Assembly (NCBI GenBank): GCA_010093705.1
Contig: MU006096.1
Span: forward strand, 332,004-396,003
Source: Patellaria atrata CBS 101060
Taxonomy: Eukaryota
DNA: 64,000 bases
Direction of reading: 5' to 3'
The notes beneath the pieces were generated by a model. It had not been told where the DNA came from and did not search any database. It saw only the letters and a list, made by a program, of their open reading frames with translations. Each line of letters begins with the position of its first letter. The stretch's first letter is position 1. Made by a program: the position numbers and the translations under genes. Of the stretch, positions 48,793 through 61,208 are shown piece after piece.

Positions 48793-51700
48793 ATTTCCTC
48801 CTCAGGACAAAGCAATAGCGTTTATCTCACTCAAACAACCATTTTGAGATTTCCTCTTCGCTCGGTGGTAAGTGTGGTGGTGTGGAAAGGTGGTTCAGCT
48901 GACAGGTGAGAAGACTAGGCGGGTTGCCCCTAAGCTTATGATGCTCCTTGGGTGTACCGGACGTCGCGAACCGAAGCAGAAATGCGCGGTCGAGGATGGC
49001 GGTGAATTGGGTAGTCGCAAGAAGGAGGTTGAGGTGAGACAGTGATCGCCTAAGGTTCGCTTCTTATGAGAGCAAAAGGTTTGAGGAATGTAGATTATTT
49101 GCGTTGAGTTGGGCTTCAGGTTATGAAGGTGTGCGGATGGGAAGCCCTTTGGGTTGGTATGTTCTGGCCAACGGCGGGCAGCGCTCGGGACAATGAATCG
49201 CGGGCGGGTGATGTCGCATGTGCTAAGATGTCAAATGGTAATAAATCACCAGGTACTAACTGAGGTGAGTGATGATGAAGCAACGCAGCAAAAAGGAACA
49301 ACAACAAGTCATACAGTGTCAACACCTCGTCCAGCAGCAATCAGGATGCACCCCAGGTTTTATTATAAACACCCAGGCATCTTCTGGAATTTCCAGAATG
49401 TTATTAGCAAGGAGAGGATATTAAGCGTGCGGATAATAACGTGGGAAAATTTATATTATTGAGGATGGAGCTTCGAAAGCTTCACAAGGCCATAAAGGAA
49501 TTTAAGTCAAGGGTATTGACGGGTATGGCTTCTCATGCCGGTTGTCCTTTTTTCCCTTCTTCCTTGCACTTCCACAATTCATTCCCTGTTGCTTCGGGCA
49601 CAAGGTCAGTCATGTCATACTGTCAGTATACAATTCTTTTGGATCGATACAAGCACTCTGCAGTACAGGCAACCAAGTAGAGGATTCAAAGCGACCGATG
49701 AAAGAACTGAAAGTACCGTAGAGCTTCGGGATATCCCAAAGCCCCTAGATCCATGAGAATACCTCACCGCCAGATAAGTTTAGATGCTATTAGTAGTCTA
49801 TCCCTATCGCTTGCATTACTAGAATCGTTGATTGCTTATAACCAAAGCCCTTGATTGGAAGATGACGTTCCCTTTATCGCATCCTTTGCCGGCATCTTCG
49901 CTGTCAAAAACCAACGTGTCTCAGCAACTTCTCACCTGTCATCACGCATCACTGCCGTTCTAGTTCTATTCTGCACACCACCGAAAGCCCTCATCCTTTC
50001 AGACGGGAGGAAGGGAAAAAGAAAAACAAAGGAGACGATATGTTGCTGCCGCCTTCCCTGTGGTACGCCGAGTACAGCAGTATGCGTGGTATGCAATCTC
50101 CTTGATACAACAGCAATGTAAATCACAAGGTCACTTGCCTCTACCTCTTCTAGAAACAATCCACGCTCCATAGCCGCATAGGGAGACCTTGTCGTTGCAC
50201 CGCTAGCAGTACGATCTACCGGGTTCCATATAAATTATAGGTTACCATAAAGTACATCTTTTCCTTCTTCGGAGCCTGCACCCGATCTGGACCAGTGTGA
50301 ACCCAGAAACATACGAACCCGACGACCGTTGATCTCCCTCCACTACCAGAGGGCGCTCTGTGTGCAGATTTTTTAGAAGGTTTAGAAAATGACACGGCGT
50401 ACTAAATGACTTGCAGTACAACTACCAAGTTACCACACCCGGACGAGGAGGAGCACTTCATCGTTTTGAGCACATGATTGGTACACTGCATAATAAATGC
50501 GCAAAGGCAATCTATATCTGAGCTCCTTTTGGATCAAAGAAGGAGGTAGGATAGACGGAGATTATACTCCAGTTTCTGATTCACTACCTGGGTTCCTACG
50601 GTATGACTGCAGCGGGTGTAGCATCATCGGACTGATTCATCTCGATCTTCCCCCCGCGTTCATTTGGGATGAACATGCATCATTACCATCCTTGGGCGCT
50701 GATTGGAGAATTAGATTCATTTTGAGCCCCTCCATTGTCGTCACTTGTCACTTTGGCATTACCAAAATTGCTCCACCAAGTTTTGACAGAGTGGGAAGTT
50801 CTCCTGTCGCTCTTTGATCTTAAAAAGTGTGTTTTGGAAATTGGGATAATCAAGGCCCTGACGTTACTCAGTCGTCACAGTCTCACAGATCTACTGCCTC
50901 AAAACGCTGAGAAGGAATGTTCGTAACGAATTAGGGCGGAACACTACACCCCGTCACGCCCGTCTTTCTGCAGCCCTTTGGATCCTGGGCTTTCGTAGAA
51001 AATTTCAGATCATCAAAAAGCCTTTTCGCATGCAGGTTCTCCCGCTTCTTTCACATGCTGCTCTCAACCGGTGCAACCTCTGGCAGAAATAATAGAAATT
51101 TCTCATGATTTCTGCAGTAAACCGACAAGTCCACAAGATCTATAGCTGATTTTGTTATAGCTTGGGTATGACCCGGATGGGCCCCCGAATGCAGAGTCAT
51201 GGACAACTGTGCATACAGTACTTTGGTACCTTAAGTACCTAGCGCACGACACGGTATGACGGTCAAGCCGAATGCGACTCAAATGACCGTAGAACGGCCG
51301 TTACATCCGCACTGGAAAGTAATCTTCTACTGTCCATGTATAGCTGCATGCCACTCGAAACATCATCGTCCGTTTTTTACGAACTATATGAAGGGACTGG
51401 ACGTGCTCATCAATCATCATCGTTTCACTATTATACCCACGGATACCTATAATACTGACTGCTCGACGGGGATCATGGCTAATATGTAATTTCTGATCAA
51501 ATAACAATAGGCAAATAGGCATGACGACCACGAGATCCGCGGTTAGATGTCGTGTCTCGGATCTTGCACGATAGGAGCCGACGAACGCACACCCGGATCC
51601 CGCAGATTCGGAAGAGATGTGTGTCGCAAGTCATCGTAAGCTCACCTCTGACCTTGAAGGGGGGGCGACGAAAACTTTCAAGACTTCAATATTTTTTCGG

Positions 51701-53062
51701 AGAGGTCCTTTTCCAAGACACGTCACAGAGGTAGAGCACCTTTGTTTGACATATCGGGAAGATCGAGGACGATTGCAATCAATATTCGACAATCCCTCTT
51801 TATACGGAGTATATACAAACCTGTTTCTCCCACCTCACACACCTGCACCGAACTCTATCAACGTCTCCCTACTCGTACACCTATCACTTTTCCTTCCCTC
51901 CCTGCATCTGTTTCTCGTTGTCCCCGTTTCATCATTTATCACCCATCACATATTCGTCAGAATTCGTCGTACAAAAAGTTTCGATCGCCCAGGTGTACCA
52001 TGTTGCCCCACGATGTCGTGTAACAACACTCCTCGGATTTCCTACCTTTCCTTTTATCTTTAGCGAAAAACATTTCCACCAATGGCTTGTTGAGAGCGCC
52101 TTCAATCTCTCCTTATCCCCAGTAAGACAGTCTTGTCCTTGTCCCCGTTCATCATGAATACAAAAGCACCGGGCACGTGCTCTCGCTTACTTTGCTTTGC
52201 AAATCCTCGTATTCCATTCGTCCGTTTTGTGGGTTCTGCTTTGGAAAGTCATAACTGGCGATCAGAAGAGCTTGGCCCGTTCCTCGTGATGAGTTGTGAG
52301 GCTGTGCTGCGCTGCGCTCTGGTCCCGTGTCTTATAATGTACAAATTACGGATGACGTCCGAGAATCGTCCGAGACCCCAACTTGAGGCTCCGACGGTGA
52401 TGGATCTACAGAGCAAGCGAGTATCGTAGCTTTCGCTCGTGCAAAAGTGAATTTGCGATCTGGCCAAGGGATAACTGGGTGTTTTGTTCATCGAGCATAT
52501 CTTTTGGTACGCGGGGATAATGGTTGCCCTGGAATAGGCAACTGGGGCTCAGACGATATCTATATCGCCGACTGCTCCAGAAGTCTATTCGATAGTTGAA
52601 CCCGTGGTACTCAAACATCACTTTTCTCCATACAGTCGCATATCCTTCCATTAGTACACCATTTCCAGCCCCGTAGTGACCGAATAACGCAAAAGCCCCT
52701 TCATCTCAGAAGGGGCATATTTCGCGATTTGCGACATTCTACATTCGCGCTGGTTATAGAACATACGCAGGAGGGGGAGGATAATAATCAGTTAGAACGA
52801 AGACCCGATTCAAAATAATTGTTTAGACGAATGAAATATCTTTTTTCGCATGATGCTTTCGTTTTCCTATGCAACAGGACGTGAAGCTACGAAAGCCTGA
52901 CATGTCGGTTCAAGCCAGCCTACGCGCTCGTGTCATTCTCGCGCGCCGACGTACACACTTTTGGTATCACGTCTCCTGCGTGGTATTCCGAGAGGGGATT
53001 TTGGGTAGCCGGAGTGGATGGGGTGAGCTGGAGTGCGTGAATGACTCGGAGCTTATTAAATA

Positions 53063-53665
53063 GACTGGAGAGAGTGTATAAAATAAACTAGAGAGTATAT
53101 AAAAATAGCTAGAGTTTATAAAATAACTAGAGTCTACAAAGCAACTGCGGTGTATAAAATGACTGGAGNNNNNNNNNNNNNNNNNNNNNNNNNNNNNNNN
53201 NNNNNNNNNNNNNNNNNNNNNNNNNNNNNNNNNNNNNNNNNNNNNNNNNNNNNNNNNNNNNNNNNNNNNNNNNNNNNNNNNNNNNNNNNNNNNNNNNNNN
53301 NNNNNNNNNNNNNNNNNNNNNNNNNNNNNNNNNNNNNNNNNNNNNNNNNNNNNNNNNNNNNNNNNNNNNGTGTATAAAATGACTGGAGTGTATAAAATGA
53401 CTGGAGTGTATAAAATGACTGGAGTGTATAAAATGACCAGAGCGTATAAAATGACCAACGCGTATAAAATGACCAGAGCGTATAAAATGACCAGAGCGTA
53501 TACTCTGACTGGACCGTATAAAATGACCAGAGCGTATAAAATGACCAGAGCGTATAAAATGACCAGAGCGTATACTCTGACTGGACCGTACACCGACTGG
53601 ACTATGTACGCTGACTGGACTATACTCTGACCGAACTGTACACTCTGACAGAACCATATACTCTA
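53063..53665. repeat. 18-bp minisatellite (consensus YGTATAAAATGACYRGAG) spanning an assembly gap
   Basis: Twelve regular units from 53371 to 53586, with degenerate units on both flanks. The same unit lies on both sides of the N run. Confidence 0.95.
53169..53369. other. Assembly gap (201 N)
   Basis: Run of N characters. Confidence 1.
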
Positions 53666-53812
53666 ACACTCCACCTCCACCCAAACCGGCCTCTTCCATC
53701 CACTCTCCCCAACTCTCTAACCCGCACACGGCTAGCCACCAGTCCTAGATCCCGTCCTCCGCGCCAGAAAAAAGGTGCAATATTTTGCTTCCGTATGTTT
53801 ACACAACCGCAT

Positions 53813-53921
53813 GTACAGTACAGTACAGTACAGTGCAGCATGATTTAGTAAGAGAAGACTATTGAGCGCGGATAGAAAAAGCCAAATGTTGATGTGGTAT
53901 ATATATATATATATATATATA
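53813..53921. repeat. Short (GTACA)n and (TA)n microsatellites
   Basis: About four GTACA units near 53813-53833 and about 12 TA units near 53898-53921. Confidence 0.85.
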
Positions 53922-54681
53922 TTTGGGTTGGGAAGCGGGGGGATCTCTTTTCTCAGTTCAGCACTGCTAATTGTTACACTGCTATTACTGTCCCTATGGT
54001 GAGGGGCACTGATGCTTAGTGCTTAGTACTTTTTGGATTCCTCTCGGTCGCGGCTTAGGGGAGGTCATTCATAAAGATTCACAAAGACAAAAGAGTGGAC
54101 CCAGAGGAGAGGATCGATTGAGTTGTTGGGTTGGTGAGACTGTATAGATGAATATGAAGAGAATAGGTATAGTTGACAAGAAGGATATCAACTCGACAAA
54201 GTGAAAGAATCTCGATGGTTCCAATCGATATGACTCGATGACATCAGACTATCGAATCGATTGACTTGCCTCTGATAAACTCCATCATCAGCCCAACTAA
54301 ACTCCAGGCCCATTGCTCCTATACAGTTTCCTCCATATCTTGCACCGAAGAGGGAGAAGAGGTCCTATATGTACAAGAGAAAATTGAAGGTATGAAGGAG
54401 AATACATGATGCAGATGTGAATTCACAAAAGGAAAAATGAGGAATATGAGTGAAAAGGAGCAAACTCCAGACTACCATGCAAGAATGTGACAGCCGACCC
54501 ACCTGTAATGCAGAACCTCTCTTTCGGAAAGACCAAACCGCTATTCTGGTAGAAACACAAGACTGAAGCAACCGCGTACTGACACAAAACCCAAGACAAG
54601 AGAATGGAAAATAGAATGACATCCCTGCCGGGATCGAGTCACAAAGTAGAAATGAAACCATTACCGCCGTCGACCGGGCAA

Positions 54682-56505
54682 TCAACCCATGGAAGCGTAC
54701 ATCGGTGGCTGTGGTTTGGCGGCAAGTGTAGCGGCCATCTTCTCACGCTCCGCCTTTTCTTGCTCCATGAGCGCCCGATCAGCCTTGGTGACACGAGGTT
54801 TGCGTACAGTTGCGCCGCCTCTGGAGCCGCGCCCACCGCCTCCTCTGCCTCTACCAGTACCGTCTCCGCGGGTAGTACCTCCACGGCCTCGGCCGCGACC
54901 ACGTTTCACAGTTCCGTCAGCACTGTGAGGTGTTAGTGAGTCATTGTGAGAGAAGGATGTGGATACTAACCGTTCAACAGCAGGTTTATCACCCTCGGTA
55001 ATGAGTGGACCGCTATACACGAAGAATCCATCCTTAGCCATGAGCGCTGATTGCTCCCACGCGAGTTCGGTATCGTCGATGAAGTCATCTTCCTTGTCAT
55101 AATCCTCTACCTTCTTCTTGCGTTTCTTCTTGCCGTCACCGTTCGAACCTTCACCGTCCACACCACCCATCTCGACGTTACTATCCGGTTCGGAAAGGTC
55201 AAGAGACATGTCGTCTGCGGATCCACCACCAGCTGCGCGCTCCAATGCTGCCCCAGCAGCGGCCATCTGCCTCATTCGTTCACGATGAGCGGCGATGCGA
55301 GGGTGCAGGGCTGCGAAGCCGTACTTCTTTTCCACTTCACGGGCGAAGTTGATGGTGATGTTAGTTTGGCCCCGAAGTGGGAAGCTAAGGCAGATATTGG
55401 TGCCACTTGTACCGTTAGTACTGCTGGAGGTATCTATGAGGCCGAAGGCAGAGCCAGAGAGAAGTCCGCTTCCCGAAGGCACTAGAGCTGTCGTGTCCTT
55501 CGATCGAGCTACCTTGGCAGGAGGGGTTGGAGCATTCGAGGGATGACCACCGGTTGAATCAGACTTCTTGATCGCGGGTGCGGGAACTTGAGCGGGTCCA
55601 TGATCGATGTCCATTTCCATTGTCGTGGAACTATTGGTAGATGTATTGTTTTTGGTGTGTGGATGCTGATGAGTATTTTGCACCGATGCACTTGAATTGG
55701 CGAAAGGCATTTGCTTTATGGTGGTTGCAGCAGGCGATACCGGCGCCGAAGTGACGGATTGTGGATGCTGGAATCTGGAGGACTGAGGTACCGACGTCGA
55801 TGAGAGTATCGGAATGGAAGTACCAGGCGGATCGATTAGACTTGTGATGGACGGCGAGGCGCTGGCACGATTAACAATTCTAGTGGGAGGCGATACTGCA
55901 GGCGTCCCATTATGACTTGAGACGGATCGGATGGGATCGTAATGTTGGCCACTTGATGCTGGACGCGCACTTGGTGTTGGCGCGACCGGCAATGCAGATT
56001 GTTGTTGAGCGGGATGCATATGCGAAGCTGTATTATTTGAGGAATTAAGGTTAGCTGTGTTGTGTGCATTAGACAAGTTTTTCGCCGGTTGCGGGGTTGG
56101 TTTAGCGTCATTTCCGAATTGGGTAGTCGACGATGTGTGAAGGGTTTCGGCTTGTTGGTGTTGAGGCTGAGGCGTCATCTTTGCGTCTGAAACCTTTTGT
56201 CGCTTGCGTGCCGGTGCAGATGTTGGTGCTGCGTTGTTACTGTCCTTGGGTGCCCGTGGTTTTCTTGGCTTCTTTTCCTTGGCTGCACCATCTTTTGGAG
56301 CCGGTTCTCTCTTTTTGCGCGGTTGTTTGACTGTGTTGGCCGATGCGGGTTTGGAGGAAAGAGAACCACCGGCTAGTTTGATTGTAGAATTGGCGTCGCT
56401 GTGAACAACATCTTCAGATGGGGGACTTCCGGGCGGAGTGCTTAGATCTGCCGAACTAGACCTTGCCGTTGCCTCATCAAAGTGTGCACCTCTGCCCGAC
56501 TCCAT
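54682..56505 (-). CDS. HPC2: HIR complex subunit Hpc2 (HUN/HRD domain)
   Basis: Motifs HYDPIR, INFAREVEKKYGFAALHPR and YDKEDDFIDDTE...KDGFFVYSGPL. One 48-nt intron at 54923-54970. Confidence 0.9.
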   Translation of the reverse strand: MESGRGAHFDEATARSSSADLSTPPGSPPSEDVVHSDANSTIKLAGGSLSSKPASANTVKQPRKKREPAPKDGAAKEKKPRKPRAPKDSNNAAPTSAPARKRQKVSDAKMTPQPQHQQAETLHTSSTTQFGNDAKPTPQPAKNLSNAHNTANLNSSNNTASHMHPAQQQSALPVAPTPSARPASSGQHYDPIRSVSSHNGTPAVSPPTRIVNRASASPSITSLIDPPGTSIPILSSTSVPQSSRFQHPQSVTSAPVSPAATTIKQMPFANSSASVQNTHQHPHTKNNTSTNSSTTMEMDIDHGPAQVPAPAIKKSDSTGGHPSNAPTPPAKVARSKDTTALVPSGSGLLSGSAFGLIDTSSSTNGTSGTNICLSFPLRGQTNITINFAREVEKKYGFAALHPRIAAHRERMRQMAAAGAALERAAGGGSADDMSLDLSEPDSNVEMGGVDGEGSNGDGKKKRKKKVEDYDKEDDFIDDTELAWEQSALMAKDGFFVYSGPLITEGDKPAVERLVSTSFSHNDSLTPHSADGTVKRGRGRGRGGTTRGDGTGRGRGGGGRGSRGGATVRKPRVTKADRALMEQEKAEREKMAATLAAKPQPPMYASMG

Positions 56506-57941
56506 CACGAGAATATCCGGGAAGACAAAACAATCAGGTAAAACGATAGATAGCTGCTATATGCGTCGACGGAATCCTCGATCCGGAAATTAAGGAGAAA
56601 CGTGTAATGTGCCCGTAGCTTTTCGAAAAAGTATTGTGTTGCTGAACATGAAACAGCTATGTCACGTCCTTCGGATCTGGAGGGTTTGCGAATAGCTTCA
56701 CTTTGCTGGCAACAACACCGCAAACTTGAGTTGTGGGTTAATCCGATGGCGTTGTCGGGTCCAGACGAGAGAAAGAACTTCCGATGCTTCTGGCGAATCG
56801 AAAGATGCCAGGGATATGATAGATTTCGATGCACTGGATGCAGTAATCGATGAAGAAGTACTTGAACACGTTGGAAAACAAGAAGTTGAAGAAAGAAGAA
56901 GGGAAAGAGTAGAGAAAGAAAGAGAGAGAGAGAGGAGTTATCTGGCGTCAAAAGTGCTTTGAGCTTGTGGGGGAAGAACAAAGTTATATCGGGCGGGTAG
57001 GACTTTTTGGAGAAGCTAAACGAGGGCCAAACTACTTTACCACTCCTACCTTACCGTATGAGACATGAGATGTCGCCTTACAAGTTGGGAAAAGGGCAGA
57101 AAAGGGTAGAAAGGGTAGGGTAGGAAGGGCAAGACCTTCATTCTAAGGGAGACTCTCTAGCTAATTGCCCATAACTGTCAATCGGCGACCGTGAGCCAAG
57201 CAATTTTTTGTCCACATTATTCTGGGAGAAAGGCCCTGATGCGGCATTACCTGATAGTAATAGGCTGCTGAGCAGTAGCGTAATATATTGCTCGGCCTAG
57301 AAAAGGTGACTTGTGAGGGACTGAGGTCGGGTGTACTGTACAGTAAGGTACAGTCAGTAGTGCTACAATTAGAACCTTAACTATTAAAGCTGTCCACACT
57401 CCATTCTTCCACTTCTTGACTGGGGAAAATTTGCCCTTCAATTCTTTTCCCATGGCTTCTTGTATCCAGGCAGGTTTGACATGACAGATGGAAGACTCTC
57501 AAGGAATGACAATTCTAGAACGAGTTATCAGCGGACTAGACGGGGAATCGCCGAAGCATCGTCAGTGCGTCTAATTAGGAAACCAGAAGAAGAAATTTGA
57601 TGTTACATAAGTCTAGTCATAACTGTCCTAACAAGTCCAATCTCTTAAAAGCGGATGCACGACATGACGAGGATCGCGCAGAAGTTTTGGTGTCCAAATG
57701 TGAGGAGATGAGTTGAGATGGTTGCTTGAATGCTTGATGATGCAGGTCCAGGATCGGATTGTCGTTACAGGGATGGGAGCTTTGACTTTTTGACCCGCAA
57801 ACCTTAGCGCGCCCGTGAATAGAAAGTTTGGCATGTTTGTTCCATATGTTTGTCAACATCCATGCAACCCTCGTGCGGATCGCCGCCCTAGTCCAACCTT
57901 CTTTTGTCCCTCAATAACTGAAACCCATTCCACCTACCAAT

Positions 57942-59315
57942 ATGTCGAATTTAGCAAAGGGTCAACGCTTCATCGTAGATCTCGACGATTCTGACCATGA
58001 GCAGGATGATACCTCCTCTCAACAACCCTCCGCCTTTAGTTTTGTGTCTGACGTTAAAGAACGCGCAGTGTCAGAACCCAAAACCCCTACTGCGCCGACC
58101 TTGAAAAGCACCGGGACAGGATCTCCAGCTCACAAAAAACGTTTCGGAACATCTGCATTCAAACGTCAAAGGGTAGCTATCTCTAGTAAAAATGACGCTC
58201 AGAAAAGTGTACGGAATGCCGGTTCTCAGGTGCCTCCTGCACCCAAGGACGGGACAAGTTTTGCTGAGAACGAGCGCCGTCAAATAGATCAGGAAAATAG
58301 CCAGCGGCTCGCTGACATGTCTCCAGAAGAGATTGAAAGAGAGCGACAAGAACTGTTCTCATCGCTTGACCCTTCCCATATTGAAAAGTTACTGAGGAGA
58401 GCTAATCTCAATGACGGCTCGAACGAACGGAATTTCTATGCTGATACCGCTGAGTCTCATGTAGACAAGAGTGAACAGACTAAACCTCAAGCAGACGAGA
58501 ATGAAACGACGAAGCCTCCGAAACTGACCAAGACGGTGACATTCGAAGAGTCAGAAGAGACCGCACCAGAACCCGACGAGCAAGACTCTCCCAATGACGA
58601 GGGTACCGTACCTGAACAACCACTAGCTGTAGAGCCAGTTCCCTCCATACATTTCCCAGCCGCTCCTCAACCTCCACCTCTCGATCCTACAGACCCCAAC
58701 TTCCTCCAAGAACTGCACGAAAAATACTTCCCCGACCTCCCACACGATCCTTCCAAGTTGGCATGGATGGCACCCCTTCCAACCGACGACTCAATCGCAG
58801 ATCGCGAATCCACATATCACCCCTCGCAACGCGCCGTGCATCCCTCCTCTCTCCGTTTCAGCTTCAACGGCGCGCTCCTACCTCCCCGTCTCTCGCGCCA
58901 GATACCCGTAACCGCAGGTCTGCATCACCATGCTGATGCCCCGGAGGCTGCTGGGTATACGATATCCGAGTTGGCGAGATTGGGGAGGAGCGCGGTGGCC
59001 AGTCAGCGGTGCGTGGCGTACCAGACGCTGGGTCGAATACTGTATCGATTGGGCATCGGAGAGTTTGGAGAGGAAGAAGGCGGTGTGGGCGTGGATCCTA
59101 GTTTACTGATTCCTGAGGAACGCGCTGGTGGGGACAGTGGAGCTGGAGCAGAGCTGGCTAGGGGTTTGTGGGAGCTGGTCGAGAAGGAAAGGATTTTGGA
59201 CATATTGCAGGCGGAGGCGAATAAAGAGACTGGACATCTGAGCGCGAGGGTATATGCGCAGGAAGCTGTTTGGAATTGGAGGAAAGGTGGAGGGAGGAAG
59301 AGGAAAGCTGTCTAA
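57942..59315 (+). CDS. RBA50: RNA polymerase II assembly factor RPAP1/Rba50
   Basis: RPAP1_N (IDQENSQRLADMSPEEIERERQEL) and RPAP1_C (LRFSFNG...GLHHHADAPEAAGYTISELARLGRSAVASQR). Confidence 0.93.
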   Translation: MSNLAKGQRFIVDLDDSDHEQDDTSSQQPSAFSFVSDVKERAVSEPKTPTAPTLKSTGTGSPAHKKRFGTSAFKRQRVAISSKNDAQKSVRNAGSQVPPAPKDGTSFAENERRQIDQENSQRLADMSPEEIERERQELFSSLDPSHIEKLLRRANLNDGSNERNFYADTAESHVDKSEQTKPQADENETTKPPKLTKTVTFEESEETAPEPDEQDSPNDEGTVPEQPLAVEPVPSIHFPAAPQPPPLDPTDPNFLQELHEKYFPDLPHDPSKLAWMAPLPTDDSIADRESTYHPSQRAVHPSSLRFSFNGALLPPRLSRQIPVTAGLHHHADAPEAAGYTISELARLGRSAVASQRCVAYQTLGRILYRLGIGEFGEEEGGVGVDPSLLIPEERAGGDSGAGAELARGLWELVEKERILDILQAEANKETGHLSARVYAQEAVWNWRKGGGRKRKAV

Positions 59316-59583
59316 AGATGGATATAGTCGTATATTGTGGAAATACTGGCTGACACGCGCTGAGAGACATGAACAACCTGCTGGTATTGAATACGTCGAA
59401 ATATTCCCGGTACACTGTACGTCGTACATAGAGAGCTTTTTGACTTCCCGTACATCACAGAGGAATTTCATAATCGGCCGAAATTGCGCATTTGACAGTA
59501 TATGTACGACAAGTGTAGAACAACCGAAGACTTTCGGACCCAACAGAGAAGAAGGGTCCCTATCTTCCGCTCCGCCTCAGCAC

Positions 59584-60811
59584 TCATTCCAACCCCCGTC
59601 TCACAACATCAATTTTCCCAAGGATACCATCAAGTCCCCCACTGTCCCGCTCCCCCCTCAAATTCTCCCAAAGCCCCTCCCCCACCCTCTTCGCCACCGG
59701 CAACACACACCAATTCGGACTATGCTCTGGTCTCAACCACTTAAAGTCATCCACCTGCTCCCACAAATTCTCCTCCCCACTACCCCGCGGCAACGGCGCA
59801 AACCGCACCCCCCGACAGTCCTCAATGATGGGCCGACTCCCGACGTCTAGGTAGACGTCGACGGCCCGGCACTCGTGCATCCGGAACTGCCGACACGTGA
59901 CGCGCAGCACGCAGTTAGTCAGGCCGGTCAGATGGATGGGCCCTGCTACGGGGCCGAATGTGAGGATGGAGGTGGTGATGGTTTTGAGGTTGAGGGTTGA
60001 GAAGGTAAGGGCGGAGAGGTCGATTATACTGCGGGAGATGTTGCGGAGGGTGCCTGAGCTAGTGGAGGAGGAGGAGGTTGCGATTAGGTGGATGGAGGAG
60101 TGATTGGTGATTAGGATGTTCGTGCTGGGGAAGGAGGGGCGGTGGATCGTGTTGGGTGTGCCTGGGGGAAGAGGGGGATGGGGTGTATCGTCTTCTGGGA
60201 TCTTGGGGGTTGATGGTGCTTCTGCTGATGTTGGCGGTGTCGTTGCGGTAGACGCTTCGTTTTTCTCTTGTATGGGGTTAGCTTTCAGCCGGTTCTTGAA
60301 GGAGAATTTCGTCCGTGGGGCGAATGATGCGCGCGTGGTTTGGAGCTCGTTGGTGAGGGATTTGAGGGTCTATTTCGTCCCGACGTAATAATGTGTTAAT
60401 CAGTTGATTCTGGTATCTTGGACTCAGGTGCCCCCGTGAGTGATGGAACTAAGGATACTGCGCAAAATGTACGTACCTCTGAACACGACTTCAGGTCGTA
60501 CGCGGGGATATACCCGCCCGCGTCTCGGACATCCTGAGATAGTTGCGCTATCCCGGTCAGGCACGCGTCGATGGCTTCGGGGCGCTGGTCGGCGGGGATG
60601 GAGGCGAGGGCGGAGAGTTGGGTACGCAGGGCTGCGGAGCGTTAGTTTGAAGATATGATTGTATTAACTAATTTTTCTTGTCGCTGGACGTAGCAGGTTG
60701 TGGGAACGTACTGCTGACTGCATCCTGGAAGTGGTGGAAGAAACGCTCGTTTTGGGTTTGGGTTTGGGTTTGCTGGGGATGGGGTGCGGGAATGGAGGGG
60801 TCGGAGCTCAT
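59584..60811 (-). CDS. Tubulin-folding cofactor C (3 exons)
   Basis: Motifs ERFFHHFQ, YDLKS, APRTKFSFK, GPVAGPIHL, CRQFRMHEC, RPIIEDC and NLWEQVDDFKWLRPEHSPNW. Confidence 0.92.
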
Positions 60812-61208
60812 GGTAACAGGATGGGGAATCGAAAGTATAATTTGTGAGGATTATTTTACCGTATGGGTGAGGTATGAACTTGTTGCGAGGAATTTGGAGA
60901 GCTGAGAATATCTAAGATCACTTGAAGAAGGGTGATGTGTTCTAGATTACCGCTTTGAGCTGAATTATTAAAATAAAGATTAAGTTTTGGTGTGAGGAGA
61001 TACAGTATCATATATGATAGATTGGTGTCTTTGCAAAGAATTGTGGGAATTATTTCGAAGGCTATTCATGTAAGGCTACATTGTGCTTTTCAGCTGATCT
61101 GTTGATTGTCAATATTCCGAACACTTAGACTCGAGATCAATGGTAATGAGAATATGATATGTAACGCCCAAGCTGTCCAATACTACATATATACAGAATT
61201 CTAGCGCT

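Noticed and set aside
52240..52552. GGAAAGTC and GGGGCTCA resembling the RNase MRP P4 helix
   Set aside because: The 5' strand lacks the CCCC needed to pair with GGGG.
52967..53729. ORFs across the minisatellite, and a CRISPR-like interpretation of the array
   Set aside because: The ORFs arise from a stop-free 18-bp unit plus Ns. There are no unique spacers or cas genes, and the context is eukaryotic.
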